This document shows, one piece after another, positions 27,960-32,000 of a stretch of DNA of 32,000 nucleotides. A program made the position numbers and the translations under genes. Below the pieces are notes generated by a model that saw only the letters and a list, made by a program, of their open reading frames with translations, ran no database searches and was not told where the DNA came from. The stretch is from an uncultured bacterium. Lineage in GTDB: Bacteria; Patescibacteriota; Gracilibacteria; UBA1369; PNNO01. Position 1 is the stretch's first letter; each line of letters begins with the position of its first letter. The stretch is taken from NCBI GenBank assembly GCA_963704705.1, contig OY969931.1, forward strand, positions 1,140,001 through 1,172,000, written 5' to 3'.

Positions 27960-28379
27960 AAATCTTATCAACTGTCTAATTAAAGAAGTTCAAGATTTGT
28001 TTTTGTTTTAAACGTGACGAGCGCCATACTTTGCTTAAGCTTCGGAGTGAATTTAAAGTCTTTCCAGGGACTGTCCGTTTGATGCGGTTATCTACAGAGG
28101 CAATAAAGCGCTCTGGAAACCACCGGACTAAGGGGCCTTTCTAAGGCATGGGCCGATTAAGTTGTCGTCTTTTCGGCCATCGCTTCAGCAGAGAAGGAGA
28201 GAGGTTGAAACAATTTCGAGGCTTTTCTAGGGCGTGTACATTTTTTTGATGTAAGGGCTCGAGTGGTCATTAGTGACCGTACGTTTCAACACCTCATCTT
28301 TTTCTGCTTTTTATTTTTGATTTTTTAAGGGTCGATTTGATTTCTGTTTTTGTGTTTTTTTGTTTTTGATTTTTGAAAT
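27933..28379 (-). ncRNA. Candidate structured ncRNA (~445 nt), family unidentified
   Basis: Non-coding interval bounded by TTGACA-17-TACAAT promoter and an intrinsic terminator on the same strand, with multiple internal inverted repeats including a possible pseudoknot. Confidence 0.6.
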
Positions 28380-28385
28380 CATGTC

Positions 28386-28414
28386 ATTGTATGAAATTGA
28401 ACGAGATTTGTCAA
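28386..28414 (-). promoter_or_regulatory. Strong sigma70-type promoter
   Basis: minus strand TTGACA - 17 nt (aatctcgttcaatttca) - TACAAT. Confidence 0.75.
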
Positions 28415-28647
28415 AAATATAGGTAGGACATGTGTGGGAAATATGTTTTAGTTTTTTGAGTACAAGCTGACTTAGATGGCTTGGAAAAGGATGTTGGCGC
28501 GATTGCAGGCCTCTATATTCAAGCTGTATTTTTATCTAATTTTAATTTTTGGATGGAGTGCTATTTAGGTGAGTATCCGTACACCATTTATCTCAAAAAG
28601 TCCAGTTAAAATGCTGGAAATTGCTTTGCAATTTTAGTATTATTTAA

Positions 28648-29469
28648 GTGCGAATATTAACAAATACAAATATGACTGATAAAGAGTTATTTAAATTATG
28701 TCAGGAGTATGGCGCAAAAGCACGCATGTGGAAGAACAAATTTATTGCCTTGCTTCCGGAGGTGTATAAAAGGCGATTGTATAAAAAGCGCGGTTATGGA
28801 TCGATTTTTGAGTTTGCTGCAAAGCTTGGAGGAGTTAGTAAAAATGTAGTTGAAGATGTTTTGCGATTGGATGTGCAATTTGAAGATAAACCAAAACTTA
28901 AAGCTTTAATTCCAGAAATTGGTGTGAGCAAGTTAAAAACTATTGCTTCTGTTGCAAGCATTGAAACAGAAAATCTTTGGGCTAAAAAAATCCAAACAAT
29001 GTCCAGGGCAGCAATAGAAACAGAAATTAGAGATCAAAAAAATAATGTAGAAAATAGTCAAATTTTCCCCGGGGAAAATTTTGAAACATTCACTGCGAAG
29101 CTTTCTCCAAGAACAATCCAAAGACTAAAAATCATTAAAGTTAAAATGGGGCAAGGCACAACATGGGAAGAAGTTTTTTGTAAGCTTGCGGGCCTTGCGA
29201 CCCCTGAGCCAAAACGCGAATACAAGCAGAGGCCAAGCAAATCGCGGGCCGTGCCTGCCAAACAAAAACGAGAACTTCCTGAAATTTGCGAAATTCCCGG
29301 CTGCAACAAGCCGGCCGAAGAAATCCATCATAAAAAACCATGGGCAATATTTAAAAAACACGACAAGCTTAAAGCTCTGTGCAAAGCCCATCATGAGCTT
29401 GAACATCAGGGCGACACAGTGATCGACAAAAAATATAGGGCCTATAAATGGCAGGCCGCATTATTATGA
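28648..29469 (+). CDS. HNH endonuclease domain protein with helical N-terminal domain (likely true start ATG at 28672)
   Basis: C-terminus CEIPGCNKPAEEIHHKKPWAIFKKHDKLKALCKAHHELEHQG is an HNH (CxxxxC...HH...H..C..HH) domain. Confidence 0.88.
   Translation: MRILTNTNMTDKELFKLCQEYGAKARMWKNKFIALLPEVYKRRLYKKRGYGSIFEFAAKLGGVSKNVVEDVLRLDVQFEDKPKLKALIPEIGVSKLKTIASVASIETENLWAKKIQTMSRAAIETEIRDQKNNVENSQIFPGENFETFTAKLSPRTIQRLKIIKVKMGQGTTWEEVFCKLAGLATPEPKREYKQRPSKSRAVPAKQKRELPEICEIPGCNKPAEEIHHKKPWAIFKKHDKLKALCKAHHELEHQGDTVIDKKYRAYKWQAALL
29052..29078. repeat. 27-bp palindromic repeat, copy 2 (inside HNH gene)
   Basis: Identical AAATAGTCAAATTTTCCCCGGGGAAAA; here extends to a 20-bp perfect palindrome AATTTTCCCCGGGGAAAATT (29061-29080). 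Confidence 0.9.
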
Positions 29470-29512
29470 CGTGGCACTTGCTACTGTAAGCCCGATCCCC
29501 TATTATGACTTC

Positions 29513-32000
29513 ATGTACATCTCACTCGACATAGAAACAACCGGACTTTCACCTGAGCGCGACTCGATTATTGAGATCGGGGCCGTGAAGTTTGACGAGA
29601 AAGGTGTTCATGAAAAATATAAGACGTTCATTCATTATGATGAGCCAATTCCGGAGCTAGTTACTCATATTACGGGAATTACAAATGAGGATTTGGAAGG
29701 CGCGCCGTCACTTGAACAGATTGCTGATTCGCTTTATGAGTTCGTGGGTGATTTGCCGATTCTGGGGCACAATGTAAATTTTGATATGGATTTTTTGAAG
29801 TCAAAAGGTTTTAACTTTAGCAATAAGCTGTTTGACAGTTTGCCGCTTGCGCAGATTTTAAGGCCGGGGCTTCCAACATACAGCCTTGATATGCTTACCC
29901 AACATTTTAATATAAAGCATGAATCAAAACATAGGGCGCAGGATGACGCAGAAGCAACAGCCTTGCTTTTTAATATGATGGTTAAAGATATTAGTGATAT
30001 CGATGCACAAACTTTGGATAGAATCAAAGATATTTTAAACAGAAGCAATTGGGCTCTTAAAGAAATTTTTCTGGATGTGGAATCGGACAAAGATATGGAA
30101 GTGCCAAAAAAACCTGAGGCTGAAGAGGAATCTGACATGCTGGAATTTGATAAAGAAAAAATTCTGGATCAGTTTAAAGATAACGGGCTGGTTAAGGATT
30201 TTGAAGAGCGCGGTCCGCAAATTGAAATGGCTGAAAAAATTACAGATGCATTTAAAGATCATAAAAATTTAATAATTGAGGCGGGCACAGGCACAGGTAA
30301 GTCGTTGGCGTATTTAATTCCATCTATTTATAAAGCTCTGAGCGATCAGACAACGGTTGTAATCGCGACGCACACAAAAAATCTGCAGGATCAGTTGTAC
30401 AAAAAAGACCTGATTACAGCGCAAAAAGCAGTAGGTGCCAAATTTAAAACCGCAGTACTTAAAGGAAGGCAAAACTATTTGTCTGCCGAACGTTTGGCCC
30501 AGTTTATGAAAAAGTCGTTTTTTTACGACCACGAAGTTACCATGTTGATTAAAATTTTAACGTGGCTTCCGCACACTGAAAACGGTGAAGTGGACGAGCT
30601 GGCTTTGCAGGGGCGTGAACATTTTTCATGGCTTGATGTTTGTTGTGACGGGATTAAATGTCCGCATAATAAACCTGAATACGCAAACAAATGTTATCTT
30701 TATCGTGCAAGACAAAAGGCTGCGAAAGCTGACCTGATTATTACAAATCACTCACTTGTTTTAACAGATACTATAGGCCCTACACAAATTTTACCTGAGT
30801 ATAAATATCTGGTTGTGGATGAAGCACATCATCTTGAATCTGAGGCAACAAACGCATTAACAATCACTTTTACGCTCGATGGAATAAACAGGCCACTTGA
30901 TAATCTTAAAGATCTGCTAAAACGCGAACCTGAATTTGTTGAGAAAATTGATGAGCTGCAAAGCAAAGTTGAAATGTTTTTTGGATTTTTGGGAATCTGT
31001 TATGAAAAGTTCATTAAGTACATAAATAATATTCAAAATTTAACGGTTAGTGATTATATTCGCGAATCTATTGAATGGGAAAGGCTAAAAAGCTCAACGG
31101 AATCAGTGGTTGTTAAAGCTGAAAATTTATATAAGAGTTTGCATGAATTTGCCGAGAACCATGACAATGAAGAATTCGCGAACTATGTTCAGTTCGAAAT
31201 GGAATCGATTGCGGAAATTGCCCGAAAACTGGGATTTGTGATTTTGGAGGACGGGGTGAGTGATTTTGGCCAGAGTATTGTCTGGATATTTGCGAAATAT
31301 GATGGTTCTCTTGGTATTAATTGTGCGCCTTTGCAGGTGCGTGAACATTTAAAAGGCACTTTGCTGCACGATAAAGAAAGCATAATTTTAACTTCAGCCA
31401 CTTTAACAGTTGATCATAAATTCGACTATATAAAGTATCAGCTTGGGCTTGATGATACTTTTGAAGGTGTAATGCTGGCTTCGCCATTTAAATATGAAGA
31501 TCAGGTTGAGGTTATTTTCTATAAAAACATGAAAGCGCCTGCCACCCCTGGTTATTTTGATGAAACCTGCGAAATAATTAAACGCGAAGCAATTGAAAAT
31601 GGCGGTAAAATGCTGGTTTTGTTCACAAGTAAAAAAGCCATTGAAGCTACATATTTAAAACTTGCGCCTGAACTTAAACTAAAAAATATTACTATTCTTG
31701 CACAGAATATGAGCGGAGGCAGAAATAAAATAATTGAACTTTTTAAGCAGGATCCAGATAATTGCGTGATTTTTGGAACAAACAGTTTTTGGGAAGGAAT
31801 AGACATAAAAGGCGGTGCACTAAACACTGTTATTATTCAAAAACTGCCGTTTGACCCGCCGGACGACCCTGTTCATTCGGCGAGGGGCAACTTATTTGAT
31901 AATTCATTTTTCGATTATCAGGTGCCGCGCGCGATTTTAAGGTTTAAGCAGGGCTTTGGCAGACTTATTCGTTCAACAAAAGACAGCGGACGTGTGATTG
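29513..32000 (+). CDS. dinG: DnaQ-like 3'-5' exonuclease fused to DinG-family Fe-S helicase (3'-truncated by window edge; absent from ORF track)
   Basis: Continuous frame from ATG 29513: YISLDIETTGLSPERDSIIEIGAV, ILGHNVNFDMDFL, HRAQDDAEATALLF (exo); EAGTGTGKSLAYLIP (Walker A), DVCCDGIKCPHNKPEYANKCYLYRARQKAAKADLIITNH (Fe-S), VVDEAHHLE (DEAH), SFWEGIDIKGGAL, FKQGFGRLIRSTKD. Confidence 0.93.
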   Translation, partial: MYISLDIETTGLSPERDSIIEIGAVKFDEKGVHEKYKTFIHYDEPIPELVTHITGITNEDLEGAPSLEQIADSLYEFVGDLPILGHNVNFDMDFLKSKGFNFSNKLFDSLPLAQILRPGLPTYSLDMLTQHFNIKHESKHRAQDDAEATALLFNMMVKDISDIDAQTLDRIKDILNRSNWALKEIFLDVESDKDMEVPKKPEAEEESDMLEFDKEKILDQFKDNGLVKDFEERGPQIEMAEKITDAFKDHKNLIIEAGTGTGKSLAYLIPSIYKALSDQTTVVIATHTKNLQDQLYKKDLITAQKAVGAKFKTAVLKGRQNYLSAERLAQFMKKSFFYDHEVTMLIKILTWLPHTENGEVDELALQGREHFSWLDVCCDGIKCPHNKPEYANKCYLYRARQKAAKADLIITNHSLVLTDTIGPTQILPEYKYLVVDEAHHLESEATNALTITFTLDGINRPLDNLKDLLKREPEFVEKIDELQSKVEMFFGFLGICYEKFIKYINNIQNLTVSDYIRESIEWERLKSSTESVVVKAENLYKSLHEFAENHDNEEFANYVQFEMESIAEIARKLGFVILEDGVSDFGQSIVWIFAKYDGSLGINCAPLQVREHLKGTLLHDKESIILTSATLTVDHKFDYIKYQLGLDDTFEGVMLASPFKYEDQVEVIFYKNMKAPATPGYFDETCEIIKREAIENGGKMLVLFTSKKAIEATYLKLAPELKLKNITILAQNMSGGRNKIIELFKQDPDNCVIFGTNSFWEGIDIKGGALNTVIIQKLPFDPPDDPVHSARGNLFDNSFFDYQVPRAILRFKQGFGRLIRSTKDSGRVI

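Noticed and set aside
27933-28379. RNase P RNA, tmRNA, 6S or SRP RNA identity for the ncRNA candidate
   Set aside because: Looked for the P4 strings GGAAAGUCC / ACAGAAA, a tmRNA tRNA-like end and tag, and the SRP apical loop. None matched convincingly by eye, so no family was assigned; Infernal is required.
28648-29469. HNH protein as an IscB/Cas9-like OMEGA nuclease
   Set aside because: No RuvC motifs or arginine-rich bridge helix are visible, and HNH is C-terminal with zinc Cys pairs. It fits a stand-alone HNH family better.
29058-31827. Multiple ORFs opposite/within HNH and DinG genes
   Set aside because: All are shadows of the 29513-32000 exonuclease/helicase frame or the HNH frame, verified by direct translation.
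1-32000. CRISPR array, prophage, integron or transposase
   Set aside because: No regularly spaced direct repeats, no integrase/transposase/Cas motifs in any frame read. The only long exact repeat noticed is the two-copy 27-mer.
1-32000. tRNA or rRNA genes
   Set aside because: Spacers are mostly short (<170 nt) and none of those read showed a T-loop GGTTCRANNCC with matching acceptor arms.

Overview
The window is a dense, mostly house-keeping stretch of an AT-rich genome. TGA is used as a normal stop. (1) ~1-9.8 kb is an S10/spc/alpha-type ribosomal protein block: rplR(partial)-rpsE-rplO-secY-adk-map-[patatin, minus]-infA-rpmJ-rpsM-rpsK-rpsD-rpoA-rplQ-rplM-rpsI. rpmD (L30) is absent from its usual slot. 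(2) 9.9-17 kb holds trmD, a 573-aa repeat-containing unknown protein, a small unknown, a P-type cation ATPase, a DUF167/YggU protein, rsmA and a small membrane protein. (3) 17-27.3 kb holds pyrimidine biosynthesis genes in three blocks (pyrD-K-E-F, pyrB-C, carA). These are interleaved with a cluster of tiny membrane-protein genes, an unknown helical protein and a UDP-glucose dehydrogenase. (4) 27.3-32 kb holds an ICMT-like methyltransferase, a ~445-nt non-coding interval with promoter, terminator and many internal stems (candidate structured ncRNA), an HNH endonuclease and a DinG-type exonuclease/helicase running off the window. The loss of L30, the short spacers and the HNH family suggest a Candidate Phyla Radiation / Peregrinibacteria-like lineage (inference only). 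I found no defence island, CRISPR array or recognisable tRNA/rRNA. The strongest candidates for novelty are the 27.93-28.38 kb ncRNA, the five-gene micro-membrane-protein cluster at 20.6-21.7 kb, the exact 27-bp palindromic repeat shared by the pyrC 3' end and the HNH gene, and the repeat protein whose start codon lies in a perfect 14-bp inverted repeat.
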